This document shows positions 28,701 through 40,259 of a stretch of DNA of 64,000 nt, one piece after another (the first letter of the stretch is position 1; every line of letters starts with the position of its first letter). The notes under the pieces were generated by a model, which worked only from the letters and a program-made list of their open reading frames with translations, did no database searches and was not told the origin of the DNA. A program made the translations under genes and the position numbers. The stretch is from assembly GCA_020137815.1 (NCBI GenBank), contig CM035359.1, positions 1 through 64,000 on the forward strand. The letters run 5' to 3'. Origin of the DNA: Hormiphora californensis (Eukaryota > Animalia > Ctenophora).

Positions 28701-30005
28701 CAGTTTTACCTATCTCGGATCGGCTTTGTCCTCTGATGGTACCATCGACAAGGAGCTGGGTATCAGGATAGGGAAAGCTTACAGTGCATTCAGTATGCTT
28801 TGTCGGATCTGGTACAATCGTAACATCAGGACCTGTACCAAGATCAGGATATACAGAGCTGCTGTTCTGACGGTGCTTCTCTATGGTTGTGAGGCCTGGA
28901 CAACAACCCAGGTGCAAGATCGCCGCGTGGAGGCATTCCACCAACGGTGCCTGCGGAGAATCCTGAGAATACAATGGTATAAGCGGGTGTCTAACAGGGA
29001 GGTATTGGAGAGAGCTGGGATAGAACCATTATCTGCGTTCATTGGCAATGGGAGACTCCGATGGTTTGGGCACATGATTAGAATGCCTGAGGATAGGGTT
29101 CCCAACAGACTTTATCATTGGGTGCCTAGTCATGGAAAACGATCCAGAGGAAGACCACGTAAAACTTGGTCCTCCTGTGTGTTAAATGATTATCGAGACG
29201 CTACAGGAAAATCCCAGTCTATCCGTACAATTACTACGACTGCAATGAACCGTAACGAATGGCGACAGCTTACGACGCTAAGAGTGAGGATACCGGAAGC
29301 CGGCCACTCGAATGATTGAGGAGACCGTTCCAAGTATCAAGTAAGTACCACCGAGTTGAGGGAAATTACGAAGGGCCACGCCTTGCCACACGAAACATAG
29401 AGATGGAGTGTCGCCGGAAAGAGGTAGAATAATGGAACAATGAATCCGAAGCTGTTAGTAATTAAAAACAGTATGGCGATAATCAGGATAATTATGGTAG
29501 CTTTCCGCTTTGCTCTATCCGTTTCACTCACAAAACTGCCCCTCCGAAGACTAACACAAGTCCAGATGGTGATGATGAGAATCACCACTAGATTGATCCC
29601 TGAAAGCACGATGAGAGCGTAGAAATATTTGAGGAAAGTTAGCCAGGAGAAAATGGTAGTTCCTGCGGTAACTATCAAGGACACAACCCACAGTAGTCGC
29701 TGATTGATCCTGTAGAAGGGTGTGGAAACCACGATTAGCCGAGTAGCGCTGATCACACATGTCCATACAGCTGAAGCTTGATTGGCATACAGCACATAGT
29801 TCATACACTTAATCCCCGACAGTTGAAACATCATAATCAGACAGGTTATTATGTCGATTAGTCCGAGAACCACGTAGAGTCTTGATGCGAGTCCGGGGGT
29901 TTTCCAGCGGTGGCCAATAGCTGCAATGTTGGTGATGAGACCAGAAAAACCAAATACGGCGATGGCAATTTTTTCTTCACTCGTGTATTTAACATTATCG
30001 GACAT
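25789..30005 (-). CDS. Orphan class A GPCR paralog interrupted in TM7 by an RTE LINE (spliced gene or recent pseudogene)
   Basis: 5' part 30005-29349 (...ISLNSV) and 3' part 25923-25789 (VNPVVILS...SVPEIKSDAV*) join to a protein colinear with the GPCR at 16585-17409. Confidence 0.85.
25925..29345 (+). mobile_element. Apparently full-length RTE-clade non-LTR retrotransposon
   Basis: Single EN-RT ORF; very short 3' UTR ending in CAAGTA-type short repeats; TACC duplicated at 25921-25924 and 29346-29349. Confidence 0.93.
26119..29319 (+). CDS. LINE AP-endonuclease / reverse transcriptase (first ATG at 26230)
   Basis: ATWNV, LTETHW, GDFNA, IDHI, SDHY (endonuclease); KSPGVDGI, NRGITL, QCGFR, FIDFKSAFD, GTGQG, YADD, FTYLGS and RLRWFGH (RT, RTE-type C-terminus). 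Confidence 0.97.
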   Translation: MASANAGKHLTPDSEVRVTRGREEGKADSGVSGPSDLMGVSDLVSFNRRVISGQHVPGVAAPGSFSSFSSFKPINAVRNYFHLATWNVLSLQSSSSKLFELSNAVSSFRLDVLLLTETHWPGVETSTLDNGSLFINSGRADGLRRQGVGIVLSKSAKKSLISYSPFSERILGARLHTKHVNISIVVAYAPTNDKDDAVKEEFYNQLSSVLDRLPRQDVVFLGGDFNARVGGGHSLHTVSNDNGQRLEDLCGTYQLSVGGRMFPHKDHHKGTWKSPDGKTVTQIDHICIGNKWRSSLLDVRVMRSADIGSDHYLVRGKVRIKLSSAKNCKKSVREVPAVENLRKGCAETRTKYNVSLQNRFDALEPEESLEGQWGQLKEVIGEVSLEVLGARPKRIRQQHLSLETRDLIAQRAELKKNDPEGGSEYSKLNKLVKKAARLDDERWADGLASDLEDAAVHGRQRELWQHMKDLSGVRKRGGAAVRDRNGELIADPVQQRDRWAEHFSELLNPPVTTSQLSDLDGLDVDPCFEDLGEDDPPPSRVEVLTALKRLKNHKSPGVDGITNEQLRYGSSGLVGPLVDLFRGVWREEKVPEEWLKGVISVIPKKGDASVCSNNRGITLRSTTSKLFQIIMLNRLSSGLELALRENQCGFRRNRSCVDQIYSLRTIIHQCIDYNLPLYINFIDFKSAFDCINRDFVWAAFRHYGLPEKYVRIIRAFFDGTMSAVRHGGELSSWFSVLSGTGQGDIQGPPVFNIVINWAAQLAESNKTVSRGLTLHGAESDEGGEWIMDLDYADDMAVMDDTEEGLQESTDLLVKYAGYAGLKINAKKTKVVAFSKGLSQRPFSEADTVSISVEGNPVEQVSSFTYLGSALSSDGTIDKELGIRIGKAYSAFSMLCRIWYNRNIRTCTKIRIYRAAVLTVLLYGCEAWTTTQVQDRRVEAFHQRCLRRILRIQWYKRVSNREVLERAGIEPLSAFIGNGRLRWFGHMIRMPEDRVPNRLYHWVPSHGKRSRGRPRKTWSSCVLNDYRDATGKSQSIRTITTTAMNRNEWRQLTTLRVRIPEAGHSND

Positions 30006-31587
30006 TTCTAGTGTGTGGGAATGTCTGGGTTAGTTTTCAAGTAGATAGAAAGTCTGATGTTTTGAAGTTGTGACCCCCAAATGCACACCACGGCGTGCCT
30101 GGTGAAACTTCAACACGACCTAGCATGCTACAGGAAACCACTACTTGTACGTGGTAGCTGAGGGTCTACAGAGTGGTGCTACAGTGCGGGAAAACATTGT
30201 CACGGTTAGGATTATTTATTTTCACATTTTAGTGATTAGGGCCAAAATTGGGTATATGAAACGTGGTCCCGAAAAATCCATAATGACAGGCCAACGCACA
30301 CTCAATTAGATAACTGGTTCCTGATAAGATAACGACTTGATCCTGGTTGCGTTGGAAAGATAAATTTTTTAATCTTTCCAATGGCATCAAGAAAAAGTCG
30401 CTAGCTTATCAGGAACCGGAAATCGATTTCAAGCCCTGCATTTTGATGCATAGCGGCCTGTCGCTTAAATAAAAAAATTGGACTTTAGTTATGACGTATG
30501 TAATATGTTCATTATTGTAGGATTTTATAACTGCTCTACAGCAAAATTTGTGCATTTTGGATATATTACGTCATAACTCCTTCTGAGTGCACATTCCGAG
30601 TGCATTCTATTGACACTGGGGACCAAAAATTTTTACAGGAACAATCAGTATGGACAGTTTTGGAACCCATCGACCATGTTTGAAGTTCAGAATGGTTTTA
30701 CGGAACCGGTGACCGGAGAATTCCTAAAGTTAGGCTTTTTGCGGTTTACGTGCACAAAATTCTGGTTCCAATTATATTAGCCTTGTAGAAGCAGATACAG
30801 ATCGACTACGCTCTCTCTCTCTCCTCTTTTACAGCAGAAAAAACAGTACTAAAAGAGACATGCTACATAACAATGCTGCCCAGTTATAATGCTATGAATA
30901 AAGGAGCAAGATTCGTGTTCAGCGTCTCTCTCTCTTGTTGCTCTCCCTCCCCGGCCCCCTAACTAACGTCTAACTCATCTCACCAAAATATATGTGTGAG
31001 AGTTGACCGAATCAGAATTGGACAAGTTTGTTGTATGTAGTAGAGATTAGTTAGCTTTATGAGCATTTTGCGTTTTTGCCGCTAAAAATCGACCCACCCA
31101 TCACTGAGGTATTTTTGTCATGTTGGGAGAACTCCTGTTTAATCAGTATGTATAAAACAGAATAGAAACAATCGTGTTGTTTTACTTTTACATTCTGAAT
31201 ATAAGCAGTGAGGTTGACTTGTTATGTTCTAACCCTCCCTTTACATTTGTAAAGGAAGGTGTGTTTCGGGGGCGGGGCGCCCGAAACACAGTCTAGCCAG
31301 GCAAAGGTTGACATGTCCATGCACAGAAGTTTAGTGTTATTCATCGTGTATGACATGATAATTCAGACTTTCGCACACAGGTCTACAAACTGAACGAATG
31401 AATAGAATAGTATAAACGTATGATTACTGATCTAAGCTATAGCATACATGCTAGGTCGTGTTAAAAGGCGGCCAACGTCACGTGATATAAGGCTGCTTCT
31501 AGTGAGAATACGGTATCGGTTAAACACGGTAAGAAGACCAAGCGTGACCAATCAGAACGCCAGAGAGTGAAGCTCTCACGCCCTATA

Positions 31588-32730
31588 CAGGGTGTCCCTG
31601 GTCCCACTGTCTTTGCGTGACCTGCGATTTTGTGTCATGACCGGGCTCCATTAAATTAATCAAAACTCATCGAAAAATAGGTCAAAATGGTTCTAGAGAA
31701 TTGTTAGGCGAACATTTTGGTTGCAAGATTGACGTTCCAAGTTTTACCAATCGTCAGATATATATTGTCTTAAAGTCAAAAATACGTGTTCATGAAATCC
31801 GATCGGGGTTCACGTTTTGTAAAATTCACAAATGCAAAGTTGCTCGGATCACGTTGCATCCCTCATAAGAGTTGTAGGAAATTGTCTGGCGGTCATTTTG
31901 GTACCCGGGTTTTTGTCCTAGCTCAATGTTTAAGGCTTCTTATGACTGTCTAAAGACGAAATTCAACCAACAGGGGATCACGTGTCATCAACAAATGGGT
32001 AAAATTATTTGAAATTTATAAGAACTTGGTTGGAATCGTCTAAGGTTCATTTTGATACCATGATTTTTTCCTTAGCTCTACGTTTTAGTTGCGTTATGAC
32101 TGTAGGAACATGAAGATTTTTCTATGCTGAGCCTTAGATGGTATCAGCTCACAACCCCTAATTAGGTCGCTCGGTGTCGTGTGTAATCCCATGATAATTA
32201 GCACACATCGTCTCAATTTCATTTAGACACTTGACAGGGTTTTTATGACGATTTGGCAAGGCCCCTGTTAATGTGTAGGACACGCTAGTGGTCTATCCCA
32301 ACCCTATAATAATGCACTGAGATGATATTCAAGCATCTTCATCAATGAGCTCCATACTTAGGCAAAAAGAAATGCGATGCCTGAGTCAATTTTTGGAAAA
32401 ATTCCAGTTATGACAGTCATAAGACACTCTAAACATTGAGCTAGGACAAAAACCCGGGTACCAAAATGATCGCCAGACAATTTCCTGCAACTCTTATGAG
32501 GGATGCAATGTGATCCGAGCAATTTCATGAACACGTATTTTTGACTTTAAGACAATATATCTGACGATTGCTAAGAGCGTCAATCTTGCAACCAAAATAT
32601 TCGCCTGAAAATTCTCTAGAACACTGGTTTTTGTTAGAACCATTTTGACCTATTTTTCGATGAGATTTTATTAATGGAGCCCGGTCATGACCCAAAATCG
32701 CAGGTCACGCATAGACAGTGGGACACCCTG
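31588..32730. mobile_element. Tc1/mariner-type non-autonomous element with long imperfect inverted arms
   Basis: TA|CAGGGTGTCCC...GGGACACCCTG|TA; arms about 31600-31950 vs 32410-32725. Confidence 0.75.
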
Positions 32731-33554
32731 TACTACCTACAACAAACTTTTCCAATTCTGATTCGGTCCACTCTCACTTTAAGCTACCCTCGGGCACACG
32801 GTACTTTCGTCCAAAATCCATTCTTAACCTCATTTATTCATGAACCACATTTTTCATTGAGTCGGTAATACATATACCTCAATACGTCTAATTAGTAGAG
32901 TCGATAACTACATCGACCTCTCCCAATTGTTCCAGTTTTTGTCACATCTGTTTGGAGCCTCGACACGACCTCTAAACAGGTGTTACTTTTTCACAAACTG
33001 TTTTCATCTTGGTGTAATCAGCAGTTGAAATGTTGCTGATCATAACAAAAACCTAACTATTTTTTTTCAACTTGGGGTAAAACCATGGGTGTCAAAAGTT
33101 AGCTCTAGGTCCCCTGAGTAACCATCCGGAGACTCTAAGAGATATTTCAAGCCGTTCTCCCGTAATCATTAATCCCGGTGGAGAAAAAAACACAATGCGG
33201 ACGTACGTGAGCGCTGGCAGGCTGTTTACATGTTATTGTATGTCTCTCACTCTCTCTGGAGAGATAACTCTTTCTCAAGGGGGAGAAAAGAGAGAGACGC
33301 ACATTAACGGGGGGGGTTCCAACCTATTTCGTGTACGTTTGTACGGAAAAAAACACGGGTTTCCTCAAACAAAAAAATACAAAAAAATACAAAAAAATAC
33401 AAAAAAGTACAAAAAAATACAAAAAAATAAAAACAGTTTTATATGGTAATTTACCATTATTGTTCGAACTTTTACTGTTTTTAAAATTCTTCCACGCTAT
33501 TTCACGCAATTTAGCACAAAATATATACATATTTTACATATGTAGCATGCCAAA

Positions 33555-35460
33555 ATCGCGAGAGAAATTTCCCCGAATCGCAATTTCTTACCGAGAAAAT
33601 TTTCTCGAATCGTATTTTCTAAGCGAGAAATTTCCCCGAATCGCAATTTTTTACCGAGAAAATTTTCTCGAATCGTATTTTCTAAGCGAGAAATTTCCCC
33701 GAATCGCAATTTCTTACCGAGAAAATTTTCTCGAATCGTATTTTCTAAGCGAGAAATTTCCCCGAATCGCAATTTCTTACCGAGAAAATTTTCTCGAATC
33801 GTATTTTCTAAGCCAGAAATTTCCCCAAATCGCAATTTCTTACCGAGAAAATTTTCTCGAATCGTATTTTCTAAGCCAGAAATTTCCCCGAATCGCAATT
33901 TCTTACCGAGAAAATTTTCTCGAATCGTATTTTCTAAGCGAGAAATTTCCCCGAATCGCAATTTTTTACCGAGAAAATTTTCTCGAATCGTATTTTCTAA
34001 GCGAGAAATTTCCCCGAATCGCAATTTCTTACCGAGAAAATTTTCTCGAATCGTATTTTCTAAGCGAGAAATTTCCCCGAATCGCAATTTCTTACCGAGA
34101 AAATTTTCTCGAATCGTATTTTCTAAGCCAGAAATTTCCCCGAATCGCAATTTCTTACCGAGAAAATTTTCTCGAATCGTATTTTCTAAGCGAGAAATTT
34201 CCCCGAATCGCAATTTTTTTACCGAGAAAATTTTCTCGAATCGTATTTTCTAAGCGAGAAATTTCCCCGAATCGCAATTTCTTACCGAGAAAATTTTCTC
34301 GAATCGTTTTTCTAAGCGAGAAATTTCCCCGAATCGCAATTTCTTACCGAGAAAATTTTCTCGAATCGTATTTTCTAAGCCAGAAATTTCCCCGAATCGC
34401 AATTTCTTACCGAGAAAATTTTCTCGAATCGTATTTTCTAAGCCAGAAATTTCCCCGAATCGCAATTTCTTACCGAGAAAATTTTCCCGAATCGTATTTT
34501 CTAAGCGAGAAATTTCTCCGAATCGCAATTTTTTACCGAGAAAATTTTCTCGAATCGCATTTTCTAAGCGAGAAATTTCCTCGAATCGCAATTTCTTACC
34601 GAGAAAATTTTCCCGAATCGTATTTTCTAAGCGAGAAATTTCTCCGAATCGCAATTTTTTACCGAGAAAATTTTCTCGAATCGTATTTTCTTAGGCTATA
34701 AGCATACTGATCGTGATGATCATAATCAGGTCAGTGTGCGGACGTTTTGATGGTCACCATCAAAGGAGCGCACACACTGATGGTTATCATCATGATGGAT
34801 GCTTGATGCATCATGATGTTCTCAAACCATAGTGTGTTCACGTTTGATCATCATGAACCATAGTGTGCTCACGTTTGATCATCATAAACCATGCTCAACT
34901 TACTGGAACTTGCCTTTTGATCATGATCATCATGACCAGTGTGCTCAGCATGATGATGCTATCTCCCGGGAGCTCCCCCTTGCCTAGTCGCGCGCTCTGA
35001 GAGGCTGTTGCATATCACGTGACCTGTACAACAGCCTCTCGCACGCGCGAAGTCGTACCACGTGGTACATATCACATGACTACAGTGCAGCCCTCCACAA
35101 GAATAAGATCAAAACCTGCGCACACTAGGTGTTGATGATCATCATCCAACTTAAGAGACGGCTCCAGGGCCAGCTCTTACGTGATGATCATAATGTTCCG
35201 CACACTGTAGTTTTTTGCAGATGATGATGATCAAAACCATGAGCACACTTCATCTTTTTAACTGATTATGATCATCACGATCAGTATGCTTATAGCCTAA
35301 GCGAGAAATTTCCTCGAATCGCAATTTCTTACCGAGAAAATTTTCTCGAATCGTATTTTCTAAGCCAGAAATTTTCCCGAATCGCAATTTCTTACCGAGA
35401 AAATTTTCTCGAATCGTATTTTCTAAGCGAGAAATTTTCCCGAATCGCAATTTCTTACCG
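33555..35460. repeat. 63-bp tandem repeat made of two related 31-32-bp halves, about 20 copies, split by a MITE
   Basis: Unit CTAAGCGAGAAATTTCCCCGAATCGCAATTTCTTACCGAGAAAATTTTCTCGAATCGTATTTT; produces the 21-aa periodicity in spurious ORFs. Confidence 0.95.
34694..35297. mobile_element. PIF/Harbinger-like MITE inserted in the 63-bp array
   Basis: TTA|GGCTATAAGCATACTGATCGTGATGATCATAATCAG...CTGATTATGATCATCACGATCAGTATGCTTATAGCC|TAA. Confidence 0.8.
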
Positions 35461-36152
35461 TTTATGTATAGCTGGGTTCCGTTTATGTTCATGTACATGT
35501 ATTATTTATACTTTTTTCACGCATCCACATCCTTCATTATTTTTTTGTATTTTTTTGTATTTTTTTGTATTGTTTGTATGGAAAAAAACAGGAATTTTGG
35601 ATACATTTATGTATGGTCCGTACAAAAAAATACAAAAAAATACAAAAAAATAGGTTGGAACCCCCCCCATTAACGTTATACATTAAAGTTGAGGTTGTAG
35701 GCAATTGCACGTACGTCCATACTCAAATATGTGCTCTACCGGGATTAATGATTACAGGAGAACGGCTTGAAATATCTCTTAGAGTCTCCGGATGGTTACT
35801 CAGGGGACCTAGAGCTAACTTTTGACACCCATGGTTTTACCCCAAGTTGAAAAAAAATAGTTCGGTTTTTGTTATGATCAGCAACATTTCAACTGCTAAT
35901 TACACCAAGATGAAAACAGTTTGTGAAAAAGTAACACCTCTTTAGAGGTCGTGTCGAGGCTCCAAACAGATGTGACAAAAACTGGAACAATTGGGAGAGT
36001 TCGATGTAGTTATCGACTCTACTAAATTGAGTGAGTTGTAAGGGAGAGCAAAACGATTGAAAGTGAGTTACACCGTCTAGATCTGTAATCTGGACCTCCC
36101 CTCCCCTCTTATTGCTACACCCCTGGTGAATATTAACAATTATATATTCCAA

Positions 36153-39100
36153 CTAGCGCACCCATTGGGTGCGCCTCAAGTAAGGGTTTTTTGATATCCC
36201 ACCCGGCTTCGCCGGGTGGTCCTTTTCGTCCCTTTTCAACATCAATAACACGGTTGCCATGGCAACTGGAGTGGTAACTATGGGGACTGAATTGTTGAAA
36301 TTCATTCGAAAATATCAACAAACTTCCTACTGGAAGTTCCAAAAGTGTGAATGACAGCTTTACAGCTTTGGGCACATAAAGTGTTTTGATGAAGGAGCAC
36401 TGTCGCGTAGAAACGCACTGAACGAACGACCACTTCGACGTTCATTTCCAAATTATAATATAGACTAGCGCACCCATTGGGTGCGCCGTGCGCCTCAAGT
36501 AAGGGCTTTTTGATAACCCACCCGGCTTCGCCGGGTGGTTCTTTTCTCCCCTTTCACCGTCAAAAACACGGTTGCCATAGCAACTGAATTGGTAACTATG
36601 GGGACTGGCATCTTTAAAGTCATTCGAAAATATTAACAAACTTCCTCTGGGAGTTCCAAAAGTGTGAACAGCAGCTTTACAGCTTTGGTCATATAAAGTG
36701 TTTTATGAAGGAGCACTGTCGCTGAGAAACGCACTGAACGAACGACCACCACGACGTTCATCTCCAACTTATAATAGAGACTAGAATGCATAAAAGGATG
36801 ATTTTTTCCCTGCCCGGGTGAATGCCTTTTTGTAAAAAGGCATAGCAGGGTTAGAATTCGAAAACGACATTTTGGTATACTAACTAAATTGGTAGAGGGA
36901 CCATTTTGGTCACACTTGCGTTGCGAGGGGCAACGGTGTAGCAACTAGAGCCGCGCGCACAGTGACGAGCTACTCCTTCATCAAACAACTCATTGACACA
37001 GTTTGATGGACGTGTGTGCGTGCGCCACTCAACAAAACATGAAATGCTCTGCCGCGTGTTTCGCGTGTTACATACACATTGTCATCTTGCGAGTCGAGTG
37101 TGAGATGTTAGATAAGTAGTTAAGTTGGAATGTCAAAAGCTGGTTAGCAAGTGTCATGTGATTGGGAGTTAGCTAACTCTAAGCTATGTGAGAAGTATAC
37201 TGACAGCTAGATCGTATGCATCTCACATTACATTATGACCAAGCCTTGCACTTGATCCTGTTGGCAGTGACAATGTCACTGACATGTGATACGGTAGGGC
37301 AGGGAAACTCAGCATTATGAACACATAATGCAATAATTCTTGTTAAAGGGGAAGATTGTAAAGGAATGACTCCAGTAGTAGAAAAAGAGAGAAAGACAAT
37401 GTATGAGGATATGAGGAGAAAAGGAATATTTGACTGTCTTTAGTCTCCCAAAGGAGAAAGCACAAAATAGAGCTGCATTTCGCACGAAATAGCTGCATTT
37501 TGGTGGTGGCAGATGGTCATCCGTTGCTAAAAGATCTGTTATAAGGGTAAGGGGGTTGGACAATGGATAAGAAGGGCGGGGTATTAGCATTAGGGGGGTG
37601 TCATAGAGGCTTGTCCAGGCATTGTTGGAAAGGTTTTGTATAGAACTGCAATACAGTATACTTCTATAGCTCATTATGTATCACATAAGAATTATAAGCT
37701 ACTAGCGCACCCATTGGGTGCGCCTCAAGTAAGGGCTTTCTAATAACCCACCCGGCTTCGCCGGGTGGTTTTTTCGCCCCTTTCAACGTCAATAACACGG
37801 TTGCCATGGCAACTGAATTGGTAACTATGGGGACTGGCATGTCAAAAGTCATTCGAAAATATTAATTAACTTCCACTGGAAGTTCCAAAAGTGTGAATGA
37901 CAGCTTTACAGCTTTGGTCACATAAAGTATTTTATGAAGGAGCACTGTCGCGTAGATACCGCCTAACGAACGGCTTCGACGACGTTCATCTCCAAATTAT
38001 AATAGAGACTAGAGAGCCCAGGCAAAAGAACAAAAAACTCTCACACCCTATTGACTCCTCTCAATCCCGATCCCTGGCTCCCTCAATATTGGACAGGGTA
38101 CATACAAGCTAAACGCCCACGCCAATATACACCCGTGTCCGGTTGATGCTGGTGGTTGATTCGAATCTCAAAATCATTACACCGCCTGGAAAGGTTAAGG
38201 TTTTGCGTAACGCGCGAGTTGTTCCTAACGTGAAAAGAACAACCGAGTGCGCTAAAACAATGCGCGCCGAGAACGCACTGTTTCTGTCCGCACGGCAGAC
38301 TGATCGGGTTTGTTGGTCACACTTGCGTTGTGAGGGGCAACGGTGTAGCAACTAGAGCCGCGCGCACAGTGACGAGCTACTCCTTCATCAAACAACTCAT
38401 TGACACAGTTTGATGGACGTGTGTGCGCGCCACTCAACAAAACATGAAATGCTCTGCCGCGTGTTACATACACATTGTCATCTTGTGAGTCGAGTGTGAG
38501 ATGTTAGATAAGTAGTTAAGTTGGAATGTCAAAAGCTGGTTAGCAAGTGTCATGTGATTGGGAGTTAGCTAACTCTAAGCTATGTGAGAAGTATACTGAC
38601 AGCTAGATCGTATGCATCTCACATTACATTATGACCAAGCCTTGCACTTGATCCTGTTGGCAGTGACAATGTCACTGACATGTGATACGGTAGGGCAGGG
38701 AAACTCAGCATTATGAACACATAATGCAATAATTCTTGTTAAAGGGGAAGATTGTAAAGGAATGACTCCAGTAGTAGAAAAAGAGAGAAAGACAATGTAT
38801 GAGGATATGAGGAGAAAAGGAAGATTTGACTGTCTTTAGTCTCCCAAAGGAGAAAGCACAAAATAGAGCTGCATTTCGCACGAAATAGCTGCATTTTGGT
38901 GGTGGCAGATGGTCATCCGTTGCTAAAAGATCTGTTATAAGGGTAAGGGGGTTGGAAAATGGATAAGAGGGACGGGGTATTAGCATTAGGGGGGATTATA
39001 GGGGCTTGTCCAGGCATTGTTGGAAAGGTTTTGTATAGAACTGCAATACAGTATAATTCTATAGCTCATTATGTATCACATAAGAATTATAAGCTACTAT

Positions 39101-39988
39101 CGCACCCATTGGGTGCGCCTCGAGTAAGGGCTTTCTAATAACCCACCCGGCTTCGCCGGGTGGTTTTTTTGCCCCTTTCAACGTCAATAACACGGTTGCC
39201 ATGGCAACTGAATTGGTAACTATGGGGACTGGCATGTCAAAAGTCATTCGAACATATTAACAAAGTGTGAATGACAGCTTTACAGCTTTGGTCACATAAA
39301 GTATTTTATGAAGGAGCACTGTCGCGTAGATACCGCCTAACGAACGGCTTCGAGAGACTAGAGAGCCCAGGCAAAAGAACAAAAAACTCTCACACCCTAT
39401 TGACTCCTCTCAATCCCGATCCCTGGCTCATGCCTACTTTGCTCCCTACGGCGCCGCTTCGCGGCACCTCCGGTCGCGAGATCATACTGCATAAATAAAA
39501 AAATTATCATACTGCACGCCCCCTTACCCCTGTTGACTCCCCTCATTCCTCACCCCTCTTGACTCCCCTCTGCCCCTATTGAATCATATCGTCCCCTATT
39601 CACTCCATCTCACCCTCTATTCACTCCCCTATAACGCCATAAGGAACACTTCCCTAACCCCTCTCTCAATCTGTGATCTGAAGCAGTTCAGAACCCCACA
39701 TTTTCCTTCTTTTTTCACCATTTCCCCCATTACTCAGTCATTTCTCAACCAATTTCCAAAATCTTGCACTCATTAGAAAGATAATCTCAAGCTCTTTCCA
39801 AAGAGCTATTTTCCCCCAAGATTAGAATAGCTTTACACACGCACGTGCACTCCCCAAACCCCACCAAACATTTTTTTTTTTTGGGGGGGGAGAGCGCTCC
39901 CGTATTAAAACCTTGGTTCCGAGAGTACTCGGATGTACATGATGCATGCGCTCTCTGGCGCCAAAGGAACTCTGTGCTATAATATAGA
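36153..39988 (-). mobile_element. Head-to-tail array of non-autonomous Helitron-like elements
   Basis: Minus strand: GC hairpins followed by CTAG|T at 36153 and 37702; CTAG|TC(TA/TC)TATTATAA junctions at 36464/5, 36780/1 and 38008/9; A|TCTATATTATA 5' end at 39988. About 36905-37860 is duplicated at 38312-39250. Confidence 0.7.
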
Positions 39989-40259
39989 TAACCCCGGTTA
40001 GTAGAGGGATGAAATCTGATATACCAGCCTATTAGGCTGGTATATCAATACGATATCCACGAGGAACGGAGTGACGAGGGGAATATCGTGTGATAATCCC
40101 CGTAGGGGATTATCAAATTTCATCACTTTACTAGCCGTGGTTATTTCTTATAAAACGACCCCGGGAATTATGAAAGGTGTGAAAACAGAGGGAGGGAATT
40201 ATTTGATATACCACAGTAGACTGCGGGAAATATCAGCAGGGGGGGTGGTTTATAATATA

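Larger units (their letters stand above)
33309..35668. mobile_element. Poly-G-ended TIR element carrying a 63-bp satellite
   Basis: ATTAAC|GGGGGGGGTTCCAACCTATTT...AAATAGGTTGGAACCCCCCCC|ATTAAC; subterminal (AAAAAAATAC)n. Confidence 0.8.
32893..36025. mobile_element. Foldback element (about 300-bp inverted arms) hosting nested insertions
   Basis: 32893-33180 is the reverse complement of about 35738-36025. Confidence 0.75.

Noticed and set aside
33331-34701. 456-aa ORF with 21-aa repeats, and its antisense ORFs
   Set aside because: Translation of a 63-bp satellite inside a transposon; open on both strands with frame slips.
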